Shown here in pieces: positions 9,559 through 20,073 of a DNA stretch of 64,000 nt. The stretch comes from Candidatus Latescibacterota bacterium (lineage in GTDB: Bacteria; Latescibacterota; UBA2968; UBA8231): contig CBDFJF010000001.1 in assembly GCA_965248265.1 (NCBI GenBank), positions 2,016,001 through 2,080,000 on the forward strand. The letters are read 5' to 3'. The notes under the pieces were generated by a model, which saw only the letters and a program-made list of their open reading frames with translations, did no database searches and was not told the origin of the DNA. Both the position numbers and the translations under genes were made by a program. Each line of letters begins with the position of its first letter. Positions within the stretch are counted from its first letter, which is position 1.

Positions 9559-12003
9559 CTAGTCGACGGTGAACCGGGAGGTGCCCGTCGCTTCATTGCC
9601 ACATCGATCCGTCACCTTCACGACGAGCTCGTGAACGCCGGGTCGCTGAGGTTCATTGCTGCTGAATTCGACCAGATCGGCATCTGGGTCATAGACGCTG
9701 ATCAATCGCTGGCCGTCCAACAGCATCACGATATCCTCTTCCAGCCCGATACCTGAATCCTCATCCTTGATCGAGGCACTGAGCTTCAGCCCCGTCGCGG
9801 ACACCCTCGCTCCGTCAGCAGGTTGCATCTGACTGATCTCGGGGGGACGACGATCTGCTCGCAAGGCGTACTGCCGCCCAAAGCTGCGGACACGAGCCAA
9901 CACGTAGCGCTCCTCTCTCTCCGGCGCGAACTCGCGGCCGGCAAATGCCCACTCGCCATCACCGCTGTGATCGACGTACACAGCCATTTTTTCCGCATCC
10001 TCGATCTCATCGGGGATGCGGATTGCGATGGAAACCTTGTGGTTGAAGGTCACGCCGGCCGGTCCGAAGCGATAGGCGGCATCGAAGGTCGGGGCACCGG
10101 TGTCAACCGTGGGAGTTGGTACCCGTATTTGCTCAGATTGAGGATATACGGTCTCGTAGACGCTCCCCCTTGGAAAAGACAGGCGGGTCGCTCCTCCGTG
10201 GAATGACACAACGGCCGCAGACGCCGCATCAACCGGCGTTGCGCTCAATACGGTCGTCCGCAAGAGGCGCGCCCCGGTGTCCGCGCCTTTCGCTTCGATG
10301 GCGATGGAAAGCGCGTCGGCTTCAACTGGCGTGGGAGTGGCTGATCCCTGCACGGGACCTGAAGGGGTGAATTCATTCACAGGCGTCTTGAATCGAATGA
10401 CAGCGCGATACTCCGTCGGTCCGGTCTGCCTCAGCTCCCCCGTTGCCGCGTCGAATGGATGCCACAGCAACGCGGGAGGCCCCGTCATCGCCTGATCAGA
10501 CGCAATCCGGAGTTCGACGAAGTTCCGGAAATGCGTTTGCTCAATAGCCAGGTCCAATTCGGATTCTCCTCGCCGCAGCCTGTTGGCAGCAATTTCTCCC
10601 GTGGCATGTGTACGAAATGCTCGAGCACCGGTGCTATCTTCGACACTCAGGCGGACCATCCGGCCGGATTTCGGCAGGGGCCAGGTAAAGGGGCCGGAGT
10701 CGGCCGACAAGGTCTGCGTCGAATGCCCTTTCCAGCTGTCGCCGGCATCGGCCAGCGCCAGTGTTACCGTGAGCAGGTCGTCGTCTGCATCGCTGAGCTC
10801 CGCCTCCAGAAAATCGCCCTCTTTCTCGTGCACTATGCGACTGCTGACGATCCGCGGTGGTGAGTCCACGACGAAACCCACTCGGGCCGCACGCGAATTC
10901 CCTGCCGCGTCGAAGGCAACGACCTCTACAGTGTGCTTGCCCTTGTGAAGGATGGCTGCAGAGGTCGGCGTGGGCGATTCGTCTTGTGATCCACAAAAGA
11001 GCACGCCTTCAATCAGATTACTGCTCAGATTACTGCCCGCTGTCGACGGGCTTGTTTGTTTGCTGCGATAAAACCTTAGTCTGTTCCCAGGTCGTCGAAA
11101 CAGAGCGGCATACGTTCCCTTTGGTCCTAGCCGCAGCCGGTCCATGTTGGCCTGGAAAGCATCACTGTAAGCGAACTGCTCATAGGTCGACGACAGGATA
11201 AACACGCCATCGACCCGCAGGTCGGTGCGGTAGGGCGCCATGCGGTTGTCGGCGAGATCGGCTCGGTCGTGCCCGCGTACAGCGATACCGATGTGACCGA
11301 AGACGATGGGCGTGGAGGCGCTGCGGTACAACTGGCGCTCGCCGTCCCAGCGCAGATCCACGGTGACTGGGTTGTGATAGCCGCCGACGGTGCTTTGGGG
11401 GCCCAACGGCACGAACGCGATGCTACGGATCGTCGGCGGGGTCGTGTCGCGAACCTGAAAACCGTGTGATAGTGGATTGACGGGGACGTTGTCGCTATTC
11501 CGAAGTTCCAGATGAAGATGCGGCGGCCCGGCCCCACTCTTGCCGCTCCAGGCGATCACCTGCCCTCTGTCGATGGTGATCTCGCCCTCTTCGAGCCACA
11601 GATCGGTTGTGTACCGTTGGCTATGCTGTTGGGCTTGTTCGACGCGCGTTGCCAGTGGTTCGGAGAAAGCCTGCAAATGCGCGTACACCGCGATGCGGCC
11701 ATCTCTCAATCGCTGATAGAGCGCCCGTCCGTACCCCCACGGAGATGTGCGCACCCGCATGACGTGTCCGTCGGCGAGCGCTCTCACCTCGTAACCGGTC
11801 TTGCCCCAGGTCTTGAGATCGATGCCGGCGTGGAAGGCGGCCGGTGGGGCGTTGCCTGGCGGACGGGTCTCCCCGAATGTCGAAGACAGGGCACGTTCCA
11901 ACGGTAGGGGCCAGACGTAATCGGACTCTGCTGCCCCCGCCTGTGTCAGTAAGAAAAGGAGTATGCAAAGGGGGGCACAGGCAGTATCAGACGACGTCAT
12001 CAT
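9559..12003 (-). CDS. Secreted M23-family metallopeptidase with long beta-rich C-terminal region
   Basis: Signal peptide; HAGID (HxxxD), YAHL, PHLHLE (HxH), PVNP. Confidence 0.8.
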   Translation of the reverse strand: MMTSSDTACAPLCILLFLLTQAGAAESDYVWPLPLERALSSTFGETRPPGNAPPAAFHAGIDLKTWGKTGYEVRALADGHVMRVRTSPWGYGRALYQRLRDGRIAVYAHLQAFSEPLATRVEQAQQHSQRYTTDLWLEEGEITIDRGQVIAWSGKSGAGPPHLHLELRNSDNVPVNPLSHGFQVRDTTPPTIRSIAFVPLGPQSTVGGYHNPVTVDLRWDGERQLYRSASTPIVFGHIGIAVRGHDRADLADNRMAPYRTDLRVDGVFILSSTYEQFAYSDAFQANMDRLRLGPKGTYAALFRRPGNRLRFYRSKQTSPSTAGSNLSSNLIEGVLFCGSQDESPTPTSAAILHKGKHTVEVVAFDAAGNSRAARVGFVVDSPPRIVSSRIVHEKEGDFLEAELSDADDDLLTVTLALADAGDSWKGHSTQTLSADSGPFTWPLPKSGRMVRLSVEDSTGARAFRTHATGEIAANRLRRGESELDLAIEQTHFRNFVELRIASDQAMTGPPALLWHPFDAATGELRQTGPTEYRAVIRFKTPVNEFTPSGPVQGSATPTPVEADALSIAIEAKGADTGARLLRTTVLSATPVDAASAAVVSFHGGATRLSFPRGSVYETVYPQSEQIRVPTPTVDTGAPTFDAAYRFGPAGVTFNHKVSIAIRIPDEIEDAEKMAVYVDHSGDGEWAFAGREFAPEREERYVLARVRSFGRQYALRADRRPPEISQMQPADGARVSATGLKLSASIKDEDSGIGLEEDIVMLLDGQRLISVYDPDADLVEFSSNEPQRPGVHELVVKVTDRCGNEATGTSRFTVD

Positions 12004-12012
12004 GCCTGGGGG

Positions 12013-12696
12013 TTATTCAGCTGCGATTGTTCCGTTCGGATAAGTCTTGAGATCGATGCTCTGACCGTTCACCGATATGTAATAATGAGGTTGTTCGGTC
12101 CAGGCACCGGTATTGAGGTAACGCCGGCCATCGAGTTCGATTTCCGTGGCGGCATGCGTGTGGCCGCAGGTCACGACCTCGAAGTCCTGGGCCTGCGCAA
12201 TCTGCAGAGCCTTGCCGGCGACGTGATGGTTGAGCACGCGGTAGAGGAAGTCCCATTTCTTGGCGTACTCGGCGACGTGAACGTCGGGAAATCCGACCAG
12301 GACGAGTACCCGGTGCAGGAGCTTGAAGAGGTGCCTGAAAATCGGATAGCGCGGCATGACGCCGTCGAGATAGTCGCCATGTACGGCCAACAGGCGACGC
12401 CCGATCTCCCACCGCTGCTCGAAGCGGATCTTGCCAGAATCATCCAGCTCGACGTTTCGATCATGATTGCCCAGGATCCATATGATCGATCGTTTGTGCG
12501 ACTCATCCCGCAGACGATCCAGCACCCGGGTGTGCTCGGCGCTCAATGGAATGTCCGGATCGTCGAGGACATCCCCGTTGAGGACGAGTCGTGCCCCCTC
12601 GGGTAACGAGTCCAACCAGGACAGAAAATTTCCCTGGCAGAAATGCTCGTTGCCCAGATGTAGGTCACTGACAATGTAGGTGTGGGTTGGGTCCAT
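12013..12696 (-). CDS. Calcineurin-like metallophosphoesterase (LpxH-like)
   Basis: SDLHLG, NGD, GNHD, HGD, GHTH, NTGAW. Confidence 0.8.
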   Translation of the reverse strand: MDPTHTYIVSDLHLGNEHFCQGNFLSWLDSLPEGARLVLNGDVLDDPDIPLSAEHTRVLDRLRDESHKRSIIWILGNHDRNVELDDSGKIRFEQRWEIGRRLLAVHGDYLDGVMPRYPIFRHLFKLLHRVLVLVGFPDVHVAEYAKKWDFLYRVLNHHVAGKALQIAQAQDFEVVTCGHTHAATEIELDGRRYLNTGAWTEQPHYYISVNGQSIDLKTYPNGTIAAE

Positions 12697-12755
12697 CCCG
12701 GCTTACTGCGCGGTGGGCGCTTATATTCTGCGGTCGTCGTCGATCTCGCACTTTT

Positions 12756-12787
12756 CCAGAAACATCATCAGCCAGAAACATCATCAG
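12756..12787. repeat. Perfect 16-bp tandem direct repeat in a divergent intergenic region
   Basis: ccagaaacatcatcag x2. Confidence 0.85.
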
Positions 12788-12796
12788 AACGTCTAG

Positions 12797-14415
12797 ATGA
12801 ATAACGCCACGTATCCGGAAATCCGCAAAGCAGAGTTCGAACCGGTTGCTCTCCCCCACGAAGAGCGACGCGAACAGCTGTTGCGCCACCTGGAGAGGTT
12901 GTTGCCGGAGGCCACACAGGCTGGCGCCTTTCGCGAGGGCATGATGACTGAGCCAGCGGCGGCGATACGGCTCAATACCCTGATGCCGGCGTTCGGAAAG
13001 CTCGGCGACCTCCTGCGTCGCTGTGCCACGGCAGTACCATGGTGTAGGGACGCCTTCGTGCTTGCTGAAACCGAACGCCAGTGCGGCAGCACCCTCGAGC
13101 ACGCCCTTGGAGCCGTGTACATGCAGGCCAAGGCAACGACGCTGGCGGTCGAGGCGTTGGACCCGCAACCGGGCGAACGGATCCTCGACATGGCGGCAGC
13201 ACCGGGTGGCAAGGCGACGCAGATCGCCGCCCGTCTGGGCAACACGGGTCTGCTGGTGGCCAATGAGCCTCGACGGCGACGGATTCCGGCACTGGTCGGC
13301 AACCTGGAACGCTGCGGGGTACACTGTGCCGCGGTCACCCGGGCTCCGGGGACACTGCTGGCCCGTCAATTCCACAACTACTTCGATCGAGTGTTGCTGG
13401 ATGCGCCGTGCAGCGGCGACGGCATTCTCTGCAAGAACCGGGGCATGCTGCGCTACTGGTCCGTTGAAGACGCCCGCAACAAGAGTCACGAACAGACGGG
13501 ATTGATCAGGGCGGCCTTCCACACCCTGCGCCCCGGGGGCACCCTGGTGTACTCGACCTGCTCGCTGTCAACGGAAGAGAACGAGGAAGTCCTGCGGGGG
13601 TTGATACACCGTTACGGCGACCTCGTGGAACTGCTGCCGGTGTCTGGCGTCGAGGAATCGGGAAGATTATCAGAGGAAATCGCCAAGCAATATCCGCCAT
13701 TATTCAGACACGCGGCCAGGGTCTGGCCGCACCTGCACCACACCGAGGGGGCCTTCGTGGCACGGATTCGCAAGCTTGGCCCAACTGAATGGCGCCACCG
13801 GCAACCTGAGACTGTGGCGGGGGGGATATTGAGGCGACGGCCGGACAGGATGGAGGTGAATCGCTCGCCGGACCCACGGGTGTTTCGACGATTAGATCAC
13901 CTTCACGGCAGTCGAACGAGGGAGGTGTCCGCATAGTGGGCGTCGAGGGCCAGAGGTACATCGAAGAGCATTGGGGATTCCAGGTACCAGTACCGGCGGA
14001 TCAGCAGATCGCCCAGAATGGCCGCGATTTGCAACTGCTGCCGCGAGAAGCGGACTCCCTCAAGGACCAGCTCGGATCCATGTTCGTGCGCGCCGGGATG
14101 CGTGTGGCCAACCTCCACAAGGGACACTACTACCTCACCCAGCAAGCGATCGCCATGTGGAGTCACCTCATGTCATCCCCCCGATTGGTCGACCTGACTT
14201 GGGCGCAGACTCAAGCTTTGTTCAGGCACGAATCCATCCAACTTGAGAGGCCTCAGGTGCTCGGAGAAGTGATCTGTTGGCATGACTCCTGGCCCCTGTG
14301 CCGTGGGATCCTGAGGGGCGAAAACAACCTCGAGAGCTTTTTGCCACGTTCGCTTCGAGGCATTGATGTGCGCCGGCTGGTACCTGAGCCCTCCGGGAAT
14401 CGATCCGCTGACTGA
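12797..14415 (+). pseudogene. RsmB/RsmF (NOL1/NOP2) RNA m5C methyltransferase, split by a frameshift at a G7 run
   Basis: ORF 12797-13936 has DMAAAPGGKAT, DAPCSG, YSTCS and EGAFVARIRK. The frame of ORF 13936-14415 is open back to 13810 and the G7 run lies at 13819-13825; one extra G joins the two. Confidence 0.7.
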
Positions 14416-15569
14416 TGGGTGGCATAGCGCTGAGGTTGCTGGCTTCGGGGATGATGCTGCCGGCGATTACAACCATCGTCAGTGGCGATGATGCTCTCAC
14501 CTCTTCCCGGGAGGGCGTCCCGAATCTCTCGCAAGCGTCAATAGAGCGAGCCCCGGCACAACGGAACATCCCCCCGCCTGTGTGGCAGAAAGGTATCACC
14601 TACACACACCTCTACCACCCCAGCGACAATCTGCTCTCCAGGCGCTCGCGTCTCTCCCTCGAGCACATCCGCTCGCGGCTGCACGCCGAGTGGATCGCCC
14701 TGAATCCATTCGGATACCAGTCCGGAATCAGCGACCCTCATGTCTACCACGGCGACGACCCACCCGACCCCCACTTGCTGCATGCCATTAGAGAGGCGCA
14801 CCAGCTTGGCCTGAAGGTGATGCTCAAGCCTCACATCTGGTTGCGCCGGGCCAGTTCCGACGATTGGCGTGGAGTAATTGCCATGAACACGGAGGAGGAC
14901 TGGCAGTCCTGGTTCGCCGACTACGGCAAGTTCATCCTCCACTACGCCGCCATGGCTGAGCGTGAAAATGTCGCCCTCTTTTGCGTCGGCGTGGAGCTCT
15001 CGCGCACGGCGATCGAGCGCGAGGCGGACTGGAGAGACTTGATCACCCGGATTCGGCAGCGCTATTCCGGCCCGATCGTCTACGCCGCCAACTGGTGGGG
15101 AGAGTACGACCGCGTCGCCTTCTGGGACGCCGTAGACTATATCGGCATCAACGCATTTTTCCCGCTGACCGATCGAGCGGACCCGTCTCTGGCCGAACTG
15201 CGTGCCGGCGCCGAGGCTGTCGCTGACCAGATCGCGCTGGTCCAGCGCGCGGCCAACAAACCCGTCATCTTCACCGAAGTCGGATTCAAAAGTATCACGG
15301 GTACCAGTGTGCGCCCCTGGGAGTGGCCGCGCCGTATCGAGCCTGCCATCAACTTGGAGGAACAGTCGAGGTGTTACCAGGCCGTGCTCGAGACGTTCTG
15401 GAACAGACCCTGGTTCTACGGCCTGTACTGGTGGAAGTGGTACAGCGACCTCAACCCCGGCGGCATCCATGATGGCGATTTTACCCCTCGCCGCAAGCCG
15501 GCCGAACAAGTGCTCTCCGAGTGGTATAGAAAACCGGTTGTGACCGTGAAAGCGGCTGCACCCAGGTAG
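14415..15569 (+). CDS. Glycoside hydrolase family 113-like TIM-barrel protein
   Basis: GLKVMLKPHIW, CVGVEL, YAANW, IGINAFFPL, IFTEVGF. Confidence 0.8.
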   Translation: MGGIALRLLASGMMLPAITTIVSGDDALTSSREGVPNLSQASIERAPAQRNIPPPVWQKGITYTHLYHPSDNLLSRRSRLSLEHIRSRLHAEWIALNPFGYQSGISDPHVYHGDDPPDPHLLHAIREAHQLGLKVMLKPHIWLRRASSDDWRGVIAMNTEEDWQSWFADYGKFILHYAAMAERENVALFCVGVELSRTAIEREADWRDLITRIRQRYSGPIVYAANWWGEYDRVAFWDAVDYIGINAFFPLTDRADPSLAELRAGAEAVADQIALVQRAANKPVIFTEVGFKSITGTSVRPWEWPRRIEPAINLEEQSRCYQAVLETFWNRPWFYGLYWWKWYSDLNPGGIHDGDFTPRRKPAEQVLSEWYRKPVVTVKAAAPR

Positions 15570-15841
15570 AACGAGACCGACCACCAGACCTGCCAGAATA
15601 GCCTGCCAAAACCGACGTCGGAAATTCCTTCACCCGGTTTCGGAAACTTTTTCCCTTAGCTGAATGACGATTCGCGATAGCCCGACCCGCTTGCGCAACA
15701 TGTAGCGCAGTTACCGTTGGCGAGGGCAATATGAAGCGATCGATCCCAAGAAAACACATGTAGTACTACGTGCGTTTTCTTCATTGTTAGAAAATTTTAA
15801 CTAATTGTTAATACATATCTTACGCTTGGTATCACGAACTT

Positions 15842-15856
15842 TGGCACAGCCGTTGC
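15842..15856 (+). promoter_or_regulatory. sigma54 (-24/-12) promoter
   Basis: TGGCACAGCCGTTGC is an exact TGGCAC-N5-TTGC consensus match, preceded by an AT-rich tract at 15780-15830. Confidence 0.8.
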
Positions 15857-15867
15857 GATACGAGGGC

Positions 15868-15975
15868 CAGACCAAACACTCCTCTGTTTGTTTGGGATCC
15901 GAAGGCAAGAACTCCCCTTCTGGTCTGTCTGTCTCTCCTCGCGCAGATGGAGCCTTCGGATCCCAGCTCTTTTCC
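15868..15975 (+). ncRNA. Candidate structured small RNA or leader with three anti-SD loops
   Basis: Hairpins caaaca-CTCCTC-tgtttg, agaa-CTCCCC-ttct and tctgtctg-tctCTCCTCgcg-cagatgga; 14-bp closing stem tgggatccgaaggc/gccttcggatccca followed by ctctttt; begins about 12 nt after the sigma54 -12 box. Confidence 0.65.
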
Positions 15976-16009
15976 CTGAGCAAAAAGACTAACCAGGACA
16001 GGAGCTGAT

Positions 16010-16225
16010 ATGATGGGACGTTCGGCAGGACACCTACGTAGCAGGCCACGGATGTACGTGATCGTGTTCATCACGTGTGCCATGCTCGCGCTCGTGCTTC
16101 AGTGGCTCGTTTCGGCGACCGGTGATCTGAGTACGTACGCAGATCGGAGAATCCAGTCTGCCGTGGATGAAGCAGTGCAATCGCAGGTGACGGAGGCTTC
16201 CAGGAACCTCGATCGCGGTAGATGA
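16010..16225 (+). CDS. Small hypothetical single-pass membrane protein
   Basis: AGGAG RBS near 16000; hydrophobic YVIVFITCAMLALVLQWLVSA. Confidence 0.55.
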   Translation: MMGRSAGHLRSRPRMYVIVFITCAMLALVLQWLVSATGDLSTYADRRIQSAVDEAVQSQVTEASRNLDRGR

Positions 16226-16284
16226 TCGGGTTCAGACAATCAGATGCACCCCTAACCAACCACACTAACCATATGAGGTGATCA

Positions 16285-16476
16285 GTGAATCTAAGATGGT
16301 ACAAATCCCAACTTGACCTGTTGCCGCCGGACAGCCGCAAGAGGTTGAGCAACCAGTTGCGCAGGGACATGCGAGTCGGCGGATTGCCTTCCAGGAGGGA
16401 GTGGCGTCAGACCATTCAGCAGGTGCTGGGCAGTTACCGACCGTCGATGAGCAGTCCTGTTACGTATTATCGGTAG
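16285..16476 (+). CDS. Small basic hypothetical protein (63 aa)
   Basis: GAGGTG RBS just before the GTG start; fills the gap before the convergent ubiX. Confidence 0.5.
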   Translation: MNLRWYKSQLDLLPPDSRKRLSNQLRRDMRVGGLPSRREWRQTIQQVLGSYRPSMSSPVTYYR

Positions 16477-16538
16477 GCAACACTCGGCTGCGGCAACAAA
16501 GCGATCCGCTGCAAGCGATCCGCTGCCGCTGACATCAA

Positions 16539-17156
16539 TCAGTCACCCGCACGCCAGGGCGTGAACAGGTCATGCTCGATGTGCAGGAGGTTCAATACCC
16601 GTCCGGCGATGAAGTCGCCGAGATCATCGAAGGAGGTTGGCTTTTGATAAAACGCCGGCATGGCCGGCACCACCGATGCGCCGGCTTCGGCCACCGTCGT
16701 CAAGTTGCGCAGCTGGATTAGATTCAGCGGCGTTTCACGGGGCACGATTACCAGCGGCCGGCGTTCCTTTAGGGAAACGTCGGCTGAACGCTCGATCAGA
16801 TTGGTCGAGGATCCGTTGGCGATCCCGGCCAGGGTCTTGGTGGAGCATGGGATTACGACCATGCCGTCGGTGCGGACGGAACCGCTGGCCACGGCGCAGG
16901 TCAGGTCGTTCAGGCCCAGTTCAACCAGCGTACCGGCTGAAATCTCGTCGCCGTACAATCGTTGTAGAAAACCAGTGATCGTTTCCTTGTCGGGCAGCCA
17001 CCCCATCTCTTCGACGAGCAGGTAGCGTCCGTACTTGGAGAGGATCAGATCCACGGAGTGTCCCCCTCGCAGCAAGGCGCGCAGGAGTCTTGTCGCGTAC
17101 ACGGCGCCGCTGGCACCGGTAACGGCGACGATGACTTTCTTGCCCTGTGCCATCAA
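16539..17156 (-). CDS. ubiX: Flavin prenyltransferase
   Basis: VTGASGA, ASGS, PCS, RSADVSLKERRPL, PRETP, PAFY. Confidence 0.92.
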   Translation of the reverse strand: MMAQGKKVIVAVTGASGAVYATRLLRALLRGGHSVDLILSKYGRYLLVEEMGWLPDKETITGFLQRLYGDEISAGTLVELGLNDLTCAVASGSVRTDGMVVIPCSTKTLAGIANGSSTNLIERSADVSLKERRPLVIVPRETPLNLIQLRNLTTVAEAGASVVPAMPAFYQKPTSFDDLGDFIAGRVLNLLHIEHDLFTPWRAGD

Positions 17157-17167
17157 CCTCTCCCTAC

Positions 17168-19138
17168 CTACTCCCGTTGGCCACGCGCGGTGGCCAGGGC
17201 TTCAATAATCCCGTCGACATCGTAGACGCAGCCACCCCACGTCCCACCACCGACATCCTGCAACGCCGCCCACAATCGAGTGTCATCGGGAAGTGCATCC
17301 TCCTCGGCCAGGTCCGATCGAAGCTCCCTTTCGGACAAGCGGCGTTCGCCTTCACTCGCTCCGAACTCCTCTTCGTCATGCCCGACCAGATCGACGCTGC
17401 CTCGCAGATTCACGGTATCGACGACGATCTCGATGATATCACCCTCCTGCAGCTTTCCCAATGGCCCACCCGCCAGAGCCTCCGGACCTATGTGCCCGAT
17501 ACAAGCCCCGGTAGAAACGCCGGAAAAGCGGGCATCCGTCAGTACCGCGACATACTTACCCCAATCGACATTTTTCAGAGCAATTGTCACCTGGGCAATC
17601 TCTTCCATGCCGCTGCCCATGGGACCGCAACTGAGCAGAACCAGCACGTCTCCAGGCTCGAGTTGCTTGCCCTTGATCGCGGCCATGGCATGTCGCTCAG
17701 AGGTAAAAATGCGCGCCGGACCACGCAGACGGTAAACACCTTGTTCGTCGAGCACACTCGGATCGATTGCCGTGCTCTTCACCACCGAGCCTTCTGGAGC
17801 CAGATTGCCCTTCGGAAAGCTGACGGTGCTGGTCAGGCCCCGTTCCCGGGCACGGCCTGGCGACATCACGACATCATCGGGATCCACGCCATCATGCTCC
17901 GATAGGAGTTCTCGAAACCTGCCGCGACGCTCCGAAGCCGCCCACCAGTCCAGGTTTTCGCCAAGACTGCTGCCCGTCACCGTCATGGCTTTCTCCTCGA
18001 GCAGACCCAGAGCCCGCAGGTGTAGCATGACTTCGGGAACGCCACCGGCCAGAAAGGCCCTCACCGTCGGATGAAAAGCGGGCCCGTTGGGCAGCACATC
18101 GACAATGCGGGGAACCAGCCGGTTGATGCGATCCCAGTCCTCGACCGTCGGCCGCCGACGTCCCGCCGCATAGGCAATTGCCGGTATGTGTAAGATCAGA
18201 TTGGTGGAACCGCCGAAAGCTGCGTGGACGACCATGGCATTGTGTAGGGCCGCGTCGGTGATGATGTCCTGTGAGGTGATGCCTTCGGCTTCCTGGCGCA
18301 CCAGGGCTCGGCCGGTACGGGCAGCCATCTCCAGCCACACAGATTCACCGGAGGGTGCCAGCGCCGAGTGGGGCAACGACAATCCGAGGGCCTCGCCGAC
18401 GACCTGCGAAGTGGCCGCCGTGCCCAGAAACTGACAGCCGCCGCCAGCCGTAGCGCAGGCCCGGCAACCCAGGTCGTTGACCTCATCGATCGTCATCTCG
18501 CCGTGAGCGAGTCGTGTGCCCACCGACTGGATGGTGCCCGCGTCCTCACCGCGAATGGGAGGCAGAGTAACGCCCCCTGGAACCACGGCCACCGGCAGCT
18601 GATGAATCCCGGCCAGAGCCAGCATCATGGCCGGCAGCCCCTTGTCGCAGGTGGCTACTCCCAATACCCCGCGCCGCGTCGGCAAGGAGCGGATCAACCG
18701 GCGCAACACGATCGCTGCATCGTTGCGGTAGGGCAGGCTGTCGAACATCCCCGTCGTGCCCTGGGTGCGCCCGTCACACGGATCGGAGCAGTAACCGGCA
18801 AAGGGAATCCCACCCTGACGGCGAATCTCCACTGCCGCCGCCTGCATCAGCAGGCCGACTTCCCAGTGCCCGGTGTGGTAGCCGAGAGCCACGGGCGAGC
18901 CATCGGGAGCACGAATGCCTCCCATCGTGCTGAGAATGAGGAACTCCTTGCGTCCCAATTCAGCCGGGTTCCACCCCATGCCAGCATTCTGGCTGTAAGC
19001 GAAAATGTCCCCGCTGGGGGAATTGATGACCTGATCTATTTGCAGAGGAAGCTTGCCACTGGGACCCTCGGCTTTAGTGCGTAGCTGGTAGACCGAGTCG
19101 TCATCCTTGACGAGGTCGTGGAAGGTTATGTTATCCAT
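17168..19138 (-). CDS. YjhG/YagF-type sugar-acid (D-xylonate) dehydratase, IlvD/Edd family
   Basis: [56 protein letters not shown]. Confidence 0.88.
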   Translation of the reverse strand: MDNITFHDLVKDDDSVYQLRTKAEGPSGKLPLQIDQVINSPSGDIFAYSQNAGMGWNPAELGRKEFLILSTMGGIRAPDGSPVALGYHTGHWEVGLLMQAAAVEIRRQGGIPFAGYCSDPCDGRTQGTTGMFDSLPYRNDAAIVLRRLIRSLPTRRGVLGVATCDKGLPAMMLALAGIHQLPVAVVPGGVTLPPIRGEDAGTIQSVGTRLAHGEMTIDEVNDLGCRACATAGGGCQFLGTAATSQVVGEALGLSLPHSALAPSGESVWLEMAARTGRALVRQEAEGITSQDIITDAALHNAMVVHAAFGGSTNLILHIPAIAYAAGRRRPTVEDWDRINRLVPRIVDVLPNGPAFHPTVRAFLAGGVPEVMLHLRALGLLEEKAMTVTGSSLGENLDWWAASERRGRFRELLSEHDGVDPDDVVMSPGRARERGLTSTVSFPKGNLAPEGSVVKSTAIDPSVLDEQGVYRLRGPARIFTSERHAMAAIKGKQLEPGDVLVLLSCGPMGSGMEEIAQVTIALKNVDWGKYVAVLTDARFSGVSTGACIGHIGPEALAGGPLGKLQEGDIIEIVVDTVNLRGSVDLVGHDEEEFGASEGERRLSERELRSDLAEEDALPDDTRLWAALQDVGGGTWGGCVYDVDGIIEALATARGQRE

Positions 19139-19147
19139 CCGTCTTTG

Positions 19148-20044
19148 CTAGTTGAACTGGAGGGCCAGTTGGTCACCTAACACCAGCAGATCCGCCAGCG
19201 TGAACCCGAAGTAGAGAACGCTGACGACACTATTCATGGTCATGAAGGCCATGTTGACCCTGGTCAGGTCATCCGGTCGCACCAGATAATGCTCATACAC
19301 CAGTAGACCGGCGATGATGACGATGCCAGCCAGGTAGATACCATTGAGCGCTGCGATGTAGCCGACAGCCGCCATCGCGACGATGGCAAGACCGTGAAAG
19401 AAACGGGCGCATAACAGCGCACCCTTGAGGCCAAAACGGACCGGAATCGAGTGCAGTCCGGTCCGCGTGTCGAACTCATAATCCTGGCAGGCATATAGGA
19501 TATCGAAGCCGGCAACCCAGGCGAGTACGGCCACACCGAGAACGACTGGCGCCAACGAGAACCCACCGGTAACTGCGATCCAGGCGCCGAGGGGGGCCAG
19601 TCCAATACTCAATCCCAGCATCACGTGCGAAAGCCAGGTAAAACGCTTGGTGAGCGAATAGAGTAAGACGACCCCCAGAGCCACCGGCGACAGGTACAGG
19701 CAGAGCGTGTTCAATTGGCCAGCGGCGTACACGAGAACGGCCGCTGAAACAAGCACGAAGGTCAACACAGCACGCACGGAGACCAGACCGGTCGGCAGTT
19801 CGCGGGCGCTCGTCCTGGGATTGGCCGCGTCGATGAAACGATCTGCGATGCGATTAAACCCCATAGCGGCGCTGCGGGCACTGACCATGGCGACGATGAT
19901 CCAGGCGATCTGGCTCACCGTTATGCCGTTGACGCTGGCAGCCAATGCCGCCCCGCTGAGGGCGAACGGCAGTGCGAACACACTGTGCGAAAACTTGATC
20001 ATGCGTCCGTAAATGGTGACCGGACGCAGTGGATTCATCGCCAT
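19148..20044 (-). CDS. UbiA-family polyprenyltransferase (MqnP type)
   Basis: IKFSHSVFALPFA, NRIADRFIDAANPRT, YSLTKRFT, DILYACQD; futalosine operon context. Confidence 0.9.
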   Translation of the reverse strand: MAMNPLRPVTIYGRMIKFSHSVFALPFALSGAALAASVNGITVSQIAWIIVAMVSARSAAMGFNRIADRFIDAANPRTSARELPTGLVSVRAVLTFVLVSAAVLVYAAGQLNTLCLYLSPVALGVVLLYSLTKRFTWLSHVMLGLSIGLAPLGAWIAVTGGFSLAPVVLGVAVLAWVAGFDILYACQDYEFDTRTGLHSIPVRFGLKGALLCARFFHGLAIVAMAAVGYIAALNGIYLAGIVIIAGLLVYEHYLVRPDDLTRVNMAFMTMNSVVSVLYFGFTLADLLVLGDQLALQFN

Positions 20045-20073
20045 CGCTCTACCTTCATTCGCTCACTGCGCAT

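Noticed and set aside
15873-15950. CsrB/RsmZ-like RNA on the minus strand (GAGGAG loops)
   Set aside because: The promoter, the U-tract and the G-U pairs of hairpin 3 all favour the plus strand.
16499-16526. aagcgatccgctgc tandem duplication, and the tggtgtaagac duplication at the glnA end (about 33025-33053)
   Set aside because: Short two-copy duplications with no associated element; probably replication slippage.
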